From a virus: a DNA stretch of 64,000 bases. Shown in pieces: positions 10,398-20,517 of this stretch. How positions within the stretch are numbered: position 1 is the first letter of the stretch; every line of letters begins with the position of its first letter. The notes beneath the pieces were generated by a model. That model was not told the origin of the DNA. It did no database searches and saw only the letters and a program-made list of their open reading frames with translations. Both the position numbers and the translations under genes were made by a program. Where the stretch lies: positions 31,082-95,081 of IMG/VR virus record IMGVR_UViG_3300042485_001470; one strand, given 5' to 3'.

Positions 10398-10799
10398 ATG
10401 GCATTAACATACGAATGGAAATTAACGGGTTTAAAAAAACAAAATGGTGAAAACTTAAATGATGTAGTTGTTGGTACAAATTGGAAGCTGACTGGCACAG
10501 ACGAAGATGGATACCAAGGAACATTTAATGGAGCAACACCATTTAGTATAAGTTCAGTAAATCCAACAAATTTTACAGAATATAATTCATTGACAGAAGA
10601 ACAAGTATTAGGTTGGGTAATGAATCATGTAAGTGGTTCATCTAACACAAATTACATGTCTCATATCAATGAAGTGATTTTAAGAGATATAAATTCTAAA
10701 AAATGGACTAGAATGGAAGTGATGGAAACCGATTTACCTTGGTCACCAACATCAGGAAGTTCAGTAACTCCAGAAATAAGTGGTTCGGCTCCTGTATAG
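10398..10799 (+). CDS. Conserved phage protein typically found beside tail fibres
   Basis: MALTYEWKLTGL...VV..W..TGTD...F.EY.SLTEEQVLGWV...LPW pattern. Confidence 0.6.
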   Translation: MALTYEWKLTGLKKQNGENLNDVVVGTNWKLTGTDEDGYQGTFNGATPFSISSVNPTNFTEYNSLTEEQVLGWVMNHVSGSSNTNYMSHINEVILRDINSKKWTRMEVMETDLPWSPTSGSSVTPEISGSAPV

Positions 10800-10826
10800 T
10801 AGAATAGTTAAATTTTAAACTTTATA

Positions 10827-10863
10827 AATATCCAAAGCATTATATTATGTTTTGGATATTTTT
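10827..10863 (+). terminator. Intrinsic terminator
   Basis: aatatccaaagcat / atgttttggatatt stem followed by Ts. Confidence 0.7.
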
Positions 10864-10867
10864 GTTA

Positions 10868-10875
10868 TATTTATA
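10868..10875 (+). promoter_or_regulatory. Putative late promoter core TATTTATA (tail sheath)
   Basis: Immediately after the terminator and upstream of the sheath gene. Confidence 0.55.
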
Positions 10876-10929
10876 TGTGTATTTCATAACTAGCAAATAC
10901 AAACTTAAAATACAAATTGTAGAAATAAA

Positions 10930-13257
10930 ATGGCAGAAAGAATCGTATCACCTGGCGTATTCACAAGAGAAAATGACCTTTCCTTCTTAGCGCAAGGAAT
11001 TGGTGAAATTGGAGCAGCATTTATAGGACCTTTTAAGCAAGGACCTGCATTTGTTCCAACTATTGTTAGAACGCAATCAGAGTTTGAAGAAATCTTCGGA
11101 ACTCCTGATGGAACTTATTATACTGAACACGCAGTACAAAACTATTTAAGAGAAGCTGGAACTGCTACCATCGTAAGAGTTGGTGGTATTGGTGGTTACA
11201 CCCAAGTTGCACCTTTAGGTATTTTTGCTTCTGGTTCATCTAACCAAAGTTTAGGTACTAAACTAATTGGAGTATTATATTCAACGCAAGTTGGAGATGA
11301 AGGTGTTGGATTTGCATCATCAACAATAGTTAGTAACGATGCAACCGATGGTTCATTTGTAATTAATACATTGGCTGCAGGTGTAAACGTATCTGCATCT
11401 ATTTTACCAACCGCTACTAACGATTTAGCAGATGTGTTTGGTGAATCTCCATTTGGTTCAAAGGCTGGTTATGCATACACTTACTTTGAAAATATTGCAG
11501 CTTTATATACTGGTTCTTTGGGAAACAATATTGTAGTATCTACTAATTCATTACCATCTCAAGTATATGGTGATATTAAAACTGCAAGAACTCCGTATGT
11601 TAAATCTCAATTAATTAGTGGTGAAAGATATGACCTTTTCCGTTTTGTAACTTTAGGACATGGTACATTATATAATACTAAATTTAAAATTGGTATCTCT
11701 AATGTAAAAGCAGCTGGTGAAGATGGTTCAACTGATTACGCAACATTTACTGTAACAGTTCGTTCATTTGTTGATACCGATAAGAGAAAGAGTGTTGTTG
11801 AAACATTTAACAATGTAAACTTAGACCCTGCTTCTCCAAACTATATTGCTAAAAGAATTGGTGATAGATGGAATGAAATTGCATCTGATGGAAAAATAAC
11901 TGAAAATGGTGATTATACAAACAGATCAAAATTTGTAAGAGTTGAAATGGCACAAAATAGTGTTGGAAATCCAATTTCAGCAGCACCATTTGGACATGGA
12001 GCATATATAAACCCAATTACAGCAGATAATGATTCGGAGGCACAACAAATACCAGCGGTAGTTTATCAAACTGGTTCTCTAGTTAATACATCATCATCTC
12101 CAATATATTTTAGTGGATTTGATTTTGAAACAATTGGAGTGGCCGATGATAATAAACAATATTTAAAACCAATTCCTGAAAGTGCACAAATTGGAGCAAA
12201 CCAAATATTTGCGTTTGATTCTAATGGTGGATTGAGCTTAGGAGCTCTTACAGGTTCTGCATCTACTGATATGGTTAAGAGACAATTCGTTCTTGGATTC
12301 CAAGAAGGTTTTGATGGATTGAACCCAACGGTAAAGGCTAATTTAGGTTTAGATATAGAAGCGGCAAACACACAAGGTTTCAACTGCGCAAATGCAGGAA
12401 CAACAGGTACACAGGCATACACTAAAGCAATTAACGCTATATCAAACGCAGATGAATATGATATTAACTTAGTTGTAACTCCTGGTATCATCCGTTCTTT
12501 ACACCCAACTATTACTAATAGAGTAATTGATATGGTTGAAGATAGACAAGATTGTTTCTATATTGCTGATTTTGTAGAAGCAGATGCATCTATAACTGAA
12601 GTAACTGAAAAAGCAAATGAAGTAGATTCTAACTATGTGGCAACATACTACCCTTGGATTAAGACGGTAGATGCTAATACAAACAAATTAATATCAGTTC
12701 CACCATCAGTATTGATGCCGGCTGTATTCGCTGCAAACGATAGATTGGCAGCTGAATGGTTCGCACCTGCTGGTTTAAATAGAGGTGGTATCATCGGAGC
12801 AGTTAGTGTATTGAATAGATTAACACACTCTGAAAGAGATACTCTTTATGAGAACAAAGTGAACCCAATCGCAGCATTCCCTGGACAAGGTATTGTAGCA
12901 TTTGGACAGAAGACATTGCAAGATAAGGCTTCAGCATTAGATAGAATCAACGTAAGAAGATTACTTATCACTGTTAAGAAGTTCATCGCTTCAACATCTC
13001 GTTTCTTAGTATTCGAACAAAATACTTCTACAACTAGAGGAAGATTCTTAAACACTGTAAACCCTTACTTAGAAGCAATTCAACAAAGACAAGGTTTATA
13101 CGCTTTCAGAGTTGTAATGGATGAGAGTAACAACACACCTGATGTAATTGATAGAAACATATTAGCAGGACAAATTTTCTTACAACCGGCTAAGACCGCT
13201 GAATTCATCGTAATTGATTTCAACATCTTACCAACTGGAGCAAGTTTTAACGCTTAA
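10930..13257 (+). CDS. Contractile tail sheath protein (T4 gp18-like)
   Basis: N-terminal SPGVFTRENDLS. C-terminal WFAPAGLNRG, NPIAAFPGQG, GQKTLQ, DRINVRRLL, FEQN, LQPAKTAEFI. Confidence 0.95.
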   Translation: MAERIVSPGVFTRENDLSFLAQGIGEIGAAFIGPFKQGPAFVPTIVRTQSEFEEIFGTPDGTYYTEHAVQNYLREAGTATIVRVGGIGGYTQVAPLGIFASGSSNQSLGTKLIGVLYSTQVGDEGVGFASSTIVSNDATDGSFVINTLAAGVNVSASILPTATNDLADVFGESPFGSKAGYAYTYFENIAALYTGSLGNNIVVSTNSLPSQVYGDIKTARTPYVKSQLISGERYDLFRFVTLGHGTLYNTKFKIGISNVKAAGEDGSTDYATFTVTVRSFVDTDKRKSVVETFNNVNLDPASPNYIAKRIGDRWNEIASDGKITENGDYTNRSKFVRVEMAQNSVGNPISAAPFGHGAYINPITADNDSEAQQIPAVVYQTGSLVNTSSSPIYFSGFDFETIGVADDNKQYLKPIPESAQIGANQIFAFDSNGGLSLGALTGSASTDMVKRQFVLGFQEGFDGLNPTVKANLGLDIEAANTQGFNCANAGTTGTQAYTKAINAISNADEYDINLVVTPGIIRSLHPTITNRVIDMVEDRQDCFYIADFVEADASITEVTEKANEVDSNYVATYYPWIKTVDANTNKLISVPPSVLMPAVFAANDRLAAEWFAPAGLNRGGIIGAVSVLNRLTHSERDTLYENKVNPIAAFPGQGIVAFGQKTLQDKASALDRINVRRLLITVKKFIASTSRFLVFEQNTSTTRGRFLNTVNPYLEAIQQRQGLYAFRVVMDESNNTPDVIDRNILAGQIFLQPAKTAEFIVIDFNILPTGASFNA

Positions 13258-13278
13258 TACGAATTTAAGGTAACTTGA

Positions 13279-13286
13279 TATTTATT
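13279..13286 (+). promoter_or_regulatory. Putative late promoter core (TATTTATT variant)
   Basis: 25 nt before the tail tube ATG. Confidence 0.45.
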
Positions 13287-13311
13287 AATATAAAAATAAA
13301 AGGATAATAAA

Positions 13312-13806
13312 ATGGCAGAAATACTAGAGTTTGATAAGATGTTCTATACGAACTTCGAACCTAAGATGAAAAATAGATATGTGATGGAAATGACAGATGT
13401 AGGCATTCCAGCATATATGGTTAAGGCGGCAGCTAGACCTTCAATTAACTTTGAACCCGTTGTGTTAGACCACATCAACATTAAAAGAAAGTTGCAAGGT
13501 AAGGGTGAGTGGCAAGATATTACCATTACATTATATGACCCGATTGTTCCATCTGGAGCACAAGCTGTAATGGAGTGGATACGTTTAGGACACGAATCTA
13601 TAACTGGTAGACGTGGATATGCAGATTTCTATAAAAAAGATATTGATTTCTATATGCTAGGTCCTGTTGGTGATAAAATCGAACAATGGAAACTAAAAGG
13701 TGCATTTATTGTATCTGCAAACTTTGGTGATGTTGCATTTGATTCAAATGAAGTAGCAACTATTGAATTAACATTGGCTTACGATTACGCTATACTTGAA
13801 TTCTAA
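13312..13806 (+). CDS. Tail tube protein (T4 gp19-like)
   Basis: Follows the sheath. Motifs FEPK..NR, W.DITITLYDP, YKKDI, W.L.GAF, LTLAYD. Confidence 0.9.
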   Translation: MAEILEFDKMFYTNFEPKMKNRYVMEMTDVGIPAYMVKAAARPSINFEPVVLDHINIKRKLQGKGEWQDITITLYDPIVPSGAQAVMEWIRLGHESITGRRGYADFYKKDIDFYMLGPVGDKIEQWKLKGAFIVSANFGDVAFDSNEVATIELTLAYDYAILEF

Positions 13807-13836
13807 AAATATTCCTTACGGAAGCTACCGAAGGAC

Positions 13837-13866
13837 AACCCTCATCAGAAATGGTGGGGGTTTTTT
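13837..13866 (+). terminator. Intrinsic terminator
   Basis: aaccctcatca-gaaa-tggtgggggtt stem-loop running into a T-run. Confidence 0.8.
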
Positions 13867-13890
13867 ATTTCCAATTTTTTAAAAACTATG

Positions 13891-13898
13891 TATTTATA
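13891..13898 (+). promoter_or_regulatory. Putative late promoter core TATTTATA
   Basis: After the terminator, 28 nt before ATG 13927. Confidence 0.55.
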
Positions 13899-13926
13899 TA
13901 TACAAACTTAAAAAAGATATAAAGTT

Positions 13927-14742
13927 ATGGCAGAAGTTAATATTGCACAACAAAATCCAACCCCTACACAGGTTGAAAAAGGTAAATTTGATTTTCCTAC
14001 AGAAGTAATCGAATTACCATCAAAAGGATTACTATATCCAGAAGGACATCCTCTTAGAAAAGGTACTTGTGAATTAAAGTATATGACAGCAAGAGAAGAA
14101 GATATTCTTGCAAATACAAACCTTATTAAGAAAGGTATTGTATTAGATAAATTGTTTGAATCAGTAGTTGTTGAACCGGGTGTTAATCCAAATGATATTT
14201 TTATTGGTGATAAAAACGCTATCCTAATGGCAACTCGTATTTTGGGATATGGGGCTGATTATCAAATAGAAATGACAGATAAATTTTCATCAGAAAAGCA
14301 AGCTGTTACTATTGATTTGGGTAAAGTACAAACTAAAGATTTTGATGAATCTATATTGAATCCAAAAAATAGATATAGTTTTAAGTTACCAACAATGGGT
14401 ACTCAACTTATTTTTAAATTATTAACACATGGTGATGAGCAAGAAATAACTAGAGAAGTACAAGCTTTAGAAAAATTAAATAAGAATTCAGGCGCTTCAT
14501 TTGATGTAACAACTCGTTTGAAATATATGATTGTTTCAGTTGATGGCAATGAAGATAGAGGTTTTGTAAACAGATGGATAACTAACTCATTCTTAGCAAA
14601 AGATACTAAAGCATTTAGAGCTTATGTTAAAGAATTATCACCTGATTTGGATATGAAATTCCAATTTACATCAGATGTTACTGGCGAGACGGAGGCGCTG
14701 GATATACCATTTGGGATTAACTTTTTTTACCCTTCCAACTGA
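13927..14742 (+). CDS. Baseplate hub assembly / tail assembly chaperone (gp26/gp51-like)
   Basis: ELPSKGLLY, KYMTAREEDIL, GDKNAI..ATRILGYG, C-terminal IPFGINFFYP. Lies between the tube and tape measure genes. Confidence 0.75.
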   Translation: MAEVNIAQQNPTPTQVEKGKFDFPTEVIELPSKGLLYPEGHPLRKGTCELKYMTAREEDILANTNLIKKGIVLDKLFESVVVEPGVNPNDIFIGDKNAILMATRILGYGADYQIEMTDKFSSEKQAVTIDLGKVQTKDFDESILNPKNRYSFKLPTMGTQLIFKLLTHGDEQEITREVQALEKLNKNSGASFDVTTRLKYMIVSVDGNEDRGFVNRWITNSFLAKDTKAFRAYVKELSPDLDMKFQFTSDVTGETEALDIPFGINFFYPSN

Positions 14743-14941
14743 TTATAAAATAATTCTTCATTCTCAAATTTGGGAAATGGTTCAATTTGGTAATGGATTT
14801 ACTTGGTCAGAGGTTTATCACATGCCATCATACCTTCGTAAATTTTATTTTAATAAGTTAATAGAACTTAAGAAAAAAGAAGCAGAAGAACATAAAAAGG
14901 CTCAGTCAAAAATGAAATCAAATAAAGTGAGGATACGTTAA
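14723..14941 (+). CDS. Tail assembly chaperone C-terminal extension, probably reached by a programmed frameshift
   Basis: The +1 frame reads FFTLPTDYKIILHSQIWEMVQFGNGFTWSEVYHMPSYLRKFYFNKL from the T7 run at 14722-14728. First in-frame ATG is internal. Confidence 0.6.
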   Translation, partial: FFTLPTDYKIILHSQIWEMVQFGNGFTWSEVYHMPSYLRKFYFNKLIELKKKEAEEHKKAQSKMKSNKVRIR

Positions 14942-14956
14942 TATCCTCACTTTTTT
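14924..14956 (+). terminator. Intrinsic terminator
   Basis: aaagtgaggata-cgttaa-tatcctcacttt followed by Ts. Confidence 0.75.
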
Positions 14957-14965
14957 ATTTGCCGA

Positions 14966-14973
14966 TATTTATA
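14966..14973 (+). promoter_or_regulatory. Putative late promoter core TATTTATA
   Basis: After the terminator, upstream of the tape measure operon. Confidence 0.55.
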
Positions 14974-14992
14974 CAATATAAACATTCTAATT

Positions 14993-15202
14993 ATGGAAAA
15001 TAATAAAAAACAAGTTAAAGAAGGTATATTCGATGCAGCTGATAAATTTGTAACTAAATTTTTTGATGGTTTGTCAAATGGAGCTGCTAATAGCATTATT
15101 AGAAAAGCTGAACAGGCTAAATTACCAAAAGAAGCAATCGATAGGATGAAAAAAATGGAAAAAGATGCAGAAGAATTTAGAAAATTTTTAGATTCTTTAT
15201 AA
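14993..15202 (+). CDS. Small hypothetical protein
   Basis: 69-aa helical ORF preceding the tape measure gene. Confidence 0.6.
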   Translation: MENNKKQVKEGIFDAADKFVTKFFDGLSNGAANSIIRKAEQAKLPKEAIDRMKKMEKDAEEFRKFLDSL

Positions 15203-15224
15203 TCTACATTAGATAATTTTATAA

Positions 15225-18020
15225 ATGGCAAAAGCAAAAAATACACAAAAGGGACAACAGCTAGAATTATTCCCTACACCCGCCGCAGCACCTGCTGCAC
15301 CTGCTGCTGCTGCGCAAGAACTTAAACTTTCTGAAAGAATTGCACAAAAAAGAGCAGAAATTAATAAATTACTAGAAAAGGGTGAAGAAATTACTGAAGC
15401 TGAATTAGAGTTAGTTAGAAAAGAAGAAATTGCTTTAGCAAAATTAGAAAAACAACAAAAGAAAGTATTAGAGGGTAGGCGTACCAATGAACAGAAACAA
15501 CTAGATATAAATTCAGCAGTAAAGGAAGAATTAGGTTCTCTGGCATCAATCAGTAAAGTATATGGCGGTTTAACAACAGCCCAATCAAATACTTTAACTA
15601 CACATCAAAAATCATTAACGGCGGTATTAGCACAAGAAAGCGCAACCCAAGAGCAATATGAATTTGCTCAAAATCATGTTGCGGAAATGTCAAAGATGTT
15701 TGCATTGCAACAGCAGCTTGCTCAATTGGGTCCTGAACAAGTAGCTGAACGAGAAGCAATAAATGCAAAAATTGACGTTCAGAATGATAAAATGGAGCAA
15801 TCTATTGCACATGCAAAGGGTATGGGTTATATAACCGAAGACCAAGCTAAGGCGATGAACGATGGACGAGTTGCTGCACTGAAAAACAACTCAATAGCGG
15901 AAAAGTATGCAACAATTAGTGCAGAGACAAAAGAAGTAATAGAGGGACAGATTCAGGCGTATGAAGCCATAAAAAAATCAATTAGGGGTGTAATTGGTAC
16001 TGTCAAATTACTTACTATGGGATGGGCAGGTGTTGCTAGAATAACATTGATGGGTGCTGGGGCAGCTATCTCAAAAGTAGGAAAAACAATCAGAGAGATG
16101 GGTGGGTACTTGGGGGGTGCAACTATATCTGCTACTGCGTTGGGAACTGTATTTGATTCCGCTAATGATGTTGCTAAGGGATTATCAGAAGAAATGGGTG
16201 GTTTGAATGATGTATCATTTCAAGCTCAACTCAATACAAACCTTATGGCCACTAATATGGGTATAAGTGGAACTGAAGCAGCAAAATTAACTGGTAATCT
16301 AGCTCGTTTAAATGGTAATAGTATTGAAACTGCACAAAACCTAGCAAATGGAGCCAAAGAAATGGCAAAAACTGCCGGAGTAGTCCCAGCAGCTGTAATG
16401 GCTGATATGGCAGCATCTGCTGAAGAATTTGCACTATTTGGTAAGGATGGTGGAAAGAATATGCAAGAAGCCGCAGTTCAAGCCGCTAAGATGGGTGTTA
16501 GTTTAAAAACTATGGGTGGCGTTGCCGATAACCTTTTAGATTTTGAAACTTCTATTAATAGTGAATTGGAATTGGGGGCAATGCTCGGTAAAAATATTAA
16601 TTTAGATAGAGCAAGGGCATTAGCATACGAAGGAGATATAGCAGGAGCTACTCAAGAAACATTGAATGCATTAGGTGGTGTTGATGAGTTTAATAAAATG
16701 GATTATTTCCAAAAGAAAAAAACAGCCGAATTATTAGGTACTTCCGTTGAAGAATTACAAAAAATGGTTACCCAACAGGAAGAAGCAGCAACATTAGGTG
16801 GGCAAATAGATGGAACATTCAATTCAATGACGGAAGGATTAACTGCATTAACAACAGGCCCTTTAGGTGGATTTGTTTCTGGGTTGAGTGGTGCAATTGG
16901 ACAAACATCGGAAATAGCAGGTAACTTTAAATCAGCTGGTGATTTTGCAAAAGAGACGTTTGGTAAAGCAAAAGATTTTTTTGGAGGAAAAAAACCTGAT
17001 GTACCTGACTTACCAAAAAATTCTACAGAATCAATAACAGATTCAGTTACATCATCTGGTGATTCTGGTGGTAAAGTATCAGGTCCTGGAGAAAAAGCTG
17101 GTGATGGTCTAAAAAGTTTAGCAGAAGGTTTAGAAAAAATGGGTACTACAAAAGTATTATTTGGTGCATTGAACTTAATACCAACTGCATTGGGTTTACT
17201 TCTTATGGTAGTTGGTATTCCATCATTAATGGCAATTGGTGCATTTGGTCTTAATGCTGGAATGGGATTACTATATCTTGCTGAAGGCTTAGAAAAAATG
17301 GGCACTACACAGGTATTATTTGGTGCATTGAATTTAATACCAACTGCATTAGGATTTGCTTTAATGACACTTGGTGTAATTGGATTAGCAGGTGTTGCAC
17401 TTTTAGGTGCACCAGCTGGGGCAGGATTAGTCGCATTAGGTAGTGGATTGGCATCATTTGGAGCAACGGCTGGGACTGTAGGATGGTTGGGAGTTGCCGT
17501 AATTTTGGCATTAGGAGCCGCTTTTACATTATTTGCATTTGGATTGAGTTTATTAGCACCATTAGTTGAATCAATTGGAAACGCAATTGGTAGTGTTGTA
17601 GAATCAATAGCAGCCGGTATTGTTATGATTGTTTCAAGTATAAGTGATTTATTGGTTAATGTATTACCATTACTTAATTTAGAAGCAGCGGCTGGAATTC
17701 TAGCGATGGCAGCTTCATTTACGGTATTAGCAGGTTCATTGGCATTGTTAAGCACTATGGGATTAGCAGCCATTCCTGTATTATTAGCGGTTGGTGCAGT
17801 TGGTGCAGTTGGAGCAAGTATATTTGGTGGTGGTGAAGAAGGAGCCGAAGGGGCTGATGGTGGTGGTGATAGAACTGGTGAGTTAATTGATGAGATAAAA
17901 GGATTGAGAGCAGATTTAATAGCTGGTAAAATAGCCGTAAATATAGATGGCCAAAAGGTTACTTCTAATGTAGGTAAAGTTGTATCTAGAATTAGTTCAA
18001 ATTCATACGCTAAAGTATAA
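15225..18020 (+). CDS. Tape measure protein
   Basis: 931 aa, Ala/Gly-rich and helical. LLDFETSINSELE..AMLGKNINLDRARALA motif, hydrophobic C-half with duplicated LAEGLEKMGTT.VLFGALNLIPTALG, canonical position. Confidence 0.85.
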   Translation: MAKAKNTQKGQQLELFPTPAAAPAAPAAAAQELKLSERIAQKRAEINKLLEKGEEITEAELELVRKEEIALAKLEKQQKKVLEGRRTNEQKQLDINSAVKEELGSLASISKVYGGLTTAQSNTLTTHQKSLTAVLAQESATQEQYEFAQNHVAEMSKMFALQQQLAQLGPEQVAEREAINAKIDVQNDKMEQSIAHAKGMGYITEDQAKAMNDGRVAALKNNSIAEKYATISAETKEVIEGQIQAYEAIKKSIRGVIGTVKLLTMGWAGVARITLMGAGAAISKVGKTIREMGGYLGGATISATALGTVFDSANDVAKGLSEEMGGLNDVSFQAQLNTNLMATNMGISGTEAAKLTGNLARLNGNSIETAQNLANGAKEMAKTAGVVPAAVMADMAASAEEFALFGKDGGKNMQEAAVQAAKMGVSLKTMGGVADNLLDFETSINSELELGAMLGKNINLDRARALAYEGDIAGATQETLNALGGVDEFNKMDYFQKKKTAELLGTSVEELQKMVTQQEEAATLGGQIDGTFNSMTEGLTALTTGPLGGFVSGLSGAIGQTSEIAGNFKSAGDFAKETFGKAKDFFGGKKPDVPDLPKNSTESITDSVTSSGDSGGKVSGPGEKAGDGLKSLAEGLEKMGTTKVLFGALNLIPTALGLLLMVVGIPSLMAIGAFGLNAGMGLLYLAEGLEKMGTTQVLFGALNLIPTALGFALMTLGVIGLAGVALLGAPAGAGLVALGSGLASFGATAGTVGWLGVAVILALGAAFTLFAFGLSLLAPLVESIGNAIGSVVESIAAGIVMIVSSISDLLVNVLPLLNLEAAAGILAMAASFTVLAGSLALLSTMGLAAIPVLLAVGAVGAVGASIFGGGEEGAEGADGGGDRTGELIDEIKGLRADLIAGKIAVNIDGQKVTSNVGKVVSRISSNSYAKV

Positions 18021-18022
18021 CG

Positions 18023-20506
18023 ATGGGAAAAAGTATTGAAGAATTATTTAAAACAAAACAATTGGTAGATGGTAAAACAGCTGCCGAAAAATACGAAATT
18101 CGTAATAGTAAAGATATAGAATTACGTGCATCTACGGGTGCTATGAATTTACCATTCAAAGGAGCACAAATACTAAGAAGAAATTTATCATCAAGAACAA
18201 GAGAAACCCGATTAGAAGAAGAAGTAACAGGATTAAGAATTATATCTAAGCTAGCAGGCCCTATTATATATGGTACTGATATTTTTAAATTAAGTACACA
18301 AAAAACTGAAATGGTTTCCGTAATGAAAGATTCGGTAAACCCAAACAATTCAGCAGATAGTGGTCTTTTGGGAAACGCATTTGAAAAGGGAAAAACAAAA
18401 GGATTAGAATTATTAAGTAAACTAGGCGTACAACTTCCACAAAAACTAATACCAACTCGTATATTTTTAAATAAGGAATTTAAAGCAGGTAAAGAGCCAG
18501 ATACTATGGCTACACTTGCTAAAATAAAAGGAGATGGTGCTGGTAATTTGGCTGGAAAGTTTTTAGCTCAAAATGCAAAAGGAACTCCTAAACAAATAGG
18601 TAACCAGGTATTAGGTGGTGGTATTGGTTTATTAAAAGGTGAAGTTAAGAAAAAATTATTTGGAGCACCAAAGCAAGGTGCACAAAATCTTGCCAAAAAA
18701 GGAGATACTGAAGTTCAATACGATAGTACTGCAAAATATTCCGATACTGTAAACCCAATTGATGAAGATTATTTCAAAAGAAATGACCTTTCATCTATAT
18801 TAGTGGCACAAGATACAAAAGAGAATGCTGACCAGGCTGTTAAAAAAAGAGTTGATGAAATAGTCCCTAAAGGAAAATCTATAAATGCTTCAAAAAATCC
18901 ATTTGCTAAGTTAGGTGAAAAAATTGGAGATATTAAAAAAGAAGGTGAGCAAAAATTATCACAAGCAAAAAAAGTAGGACAGCAAGAATTATCAGCTGGT
19001 AAAAAAGTTGGTGATACTAAAAGTGGAGGTTCATCTACTGGGGCGGATTCGATAATTAGATATTCTGATACTGTTGATGAAACACAGGATGATGCAAAAT
19101 TAAGAAATGACCTTTCTACTTTACTTCTATCAAAAAAACAAAAGGAAACAGAATCTCCTGATAATAAAAAGCAAATTGATGCAATAAAAGGTAATCTGGG
19201 GGCTTTAAATGTAAAGCAAAATCCATTCGCAAAATCATCAGATAAAGTTAAATCAGCAGATGGTGACACAAAAAATGGTTTACAATCTGGTAGAAAATTA
19301 GGACAGCAATCGATTGCAACTGGTAAAAAAATTGGTGAAACTGCTGATACGGCTGCTGGTGTAATTATATACTCTAATACCGTAGATGAAACACAGGATG
19401 ATGTAAAATTAAGAAATGATTTATCAACAAAATTACAAGCATTAATGCAAGCAAGTAGTGCAGTAACTGCCCAAGGGGGTACTATTTCTGGTCTATCAAG
19501 ATCCGATGTTACTCAAAATATGTATTCAACGAAAAAAAATAAAAGTACAAAACTGGGTAGAAAAGATGTACCATCGGTATCTTTAAAAACAAAATATGGT
19601 ATAGAAAGTTCAAATAAGTTAGATTTTTTAAATGAAAAAACAACATACACATCTGACCCCCTTAAACTAAGTGATGGTACGACATTAGATGACCATGATT
19701 TTATAGTACTTAAATTTAAATCAATAGCAACTGGAGAAGTGGCAAGTTTTAGAGCAACTGTAACTGGAATATCTGAAACAGTATCACCTTCATGGGATAG
19801 TGCAAAATTTATAGGTTCTCCGTTTAATTATTATACATACTCAAGTATAGAAAGAAGTGTAAGTTTTAATTTCAAAATGTATTCAACAACCCCTACACAA
19901 CATATAGCATGTTGGCAACGATTAAACTTTTTAACTGGTTTGACATATCCGCAAGGTTATTCGGGACCATACGCAACTCCTCCTTTTGTAGAATTTACAT
20001 TGGGTAGTCTTTATAAACGTAAAGCCACCTTTATTGAATCTTTATCATATACTATGGATGACAACGGAGGATGGGAAATAGGTAATACTTTAGGATTACT
20101 CAGTGAAAAAGTAAAAGTCAATGGTAAAGATGTTTCTATGAAAGATTATAAGTTACCAATGGTTGTAGATGTTTCAATAACTTTAAAAATATTGGAATCA
20201 AAAAGTACAACTGATAGTAAACAATTTTATGGATTTTCTAGATTGGGTGCAAATAATTCAGTTAAGCCAACGGATACTAAAGGAAACACATCAACTAATG
20301 CACAAAAATCAGGCGATGCAAATATATCAACGGACTCAACTAAAGTTGAATCATCAGAAACTATCAAACAAAGTAACGTAAAAAGTTTGAATAGTAAAGA
20401 AACTAATAAACAAACTGATAATAATTCTGCAATCCCTAGCTTCATAAAATTTGATGGTTATGGTGGTGGTGATTTTGGTGGCGGCGGAGCTGGTGATAGT
20501 TTTTAA
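18023..20506 (+). CDS. Baseplate/tail tube initiator-like protein with long repeated N-terminal region
   Basis: C-terminal FRATVTGISETVSPSW...YTYSSIERSVSFNF...LNFLTGLTYP...FIESLSY...WEI resembles tube-initiator (gp48/gp54-type) proteins. Confidence 0.65.
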   Translation: MGKSIEELFKTKQLVDGKTAAEKYEIRNSKDIELRASTGAMNLPFKGAQILRRNLSSRTRETRLEEEVTGLRIISKLAGPIIYGTDIFKLSTQKTEMVSVMKDSVNPNNSADSGLLGNAFEKGKTKGLELLSKLGVQLPQKLIPTRIFLNKEFKAGKEPDTMATLAKIKGDGAGNLAGKFLAQNAKGTPKQIGNQVLGGGIGLLKGEVKKKLFGAPKQGAQNLAKKGDTEVQYDSTAKYSDTVNPIDEDYFKRNDLSSILVAQDTKENADQAVKKRVDEIVPKGKSINASKNPFAKLGEKIGDIKKEGEQKLSQAKKVGQQELSAGKKVGDTKSGGSSTGADSIIRYSDTVDETQDDAKLRNDLSTLLLSKKQKETESPDNKKQIDAIKGNLGALNVKQNPFAKSSDKVKSADGDTKNGLQSGRKLGQQSIATGKKIGETADTAAGVIIYSNTVDETQDDVKLRNDLSTKLQALMQASSAVTAQGGTISGLSRSDVTQNMYSTKKNKSTKLGRKDVPSVSLKTKYGIESSNKLDFLNEKTTYTSDPLKLSDGTTLDDHDFIVLKFKSIATGEVASFRATVTGISETVSPSWDSAKFIGSPFNYYTYSSIERSVSFNFKMYSTTPTQHIACWQRLNFLTGLTYPQGYSGPYATPPFVEFTLGSLYKRKATFIESLSYTMDDNGGWEIGNTLGLLSEKVKVNGKDVSMKDYKLPMVVDVSITLKILESKSTTDSKQFYGFSRLGANNSVKPTDTKGNTSTNAQKSGDANISTDSTKVESSETIKQSNVKSLNSKETNKQTDNNSAIPSFIKFDGYGGGDFGGGGAGDSF

Positions 20507-20517
20507 ATATATTAATT

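Noticed and set aside
16703-17773. 356-aa minus-strand ORF
   Set aside because: Antisense shadow of the Ala/Gly/Leu-rich tape measure region.
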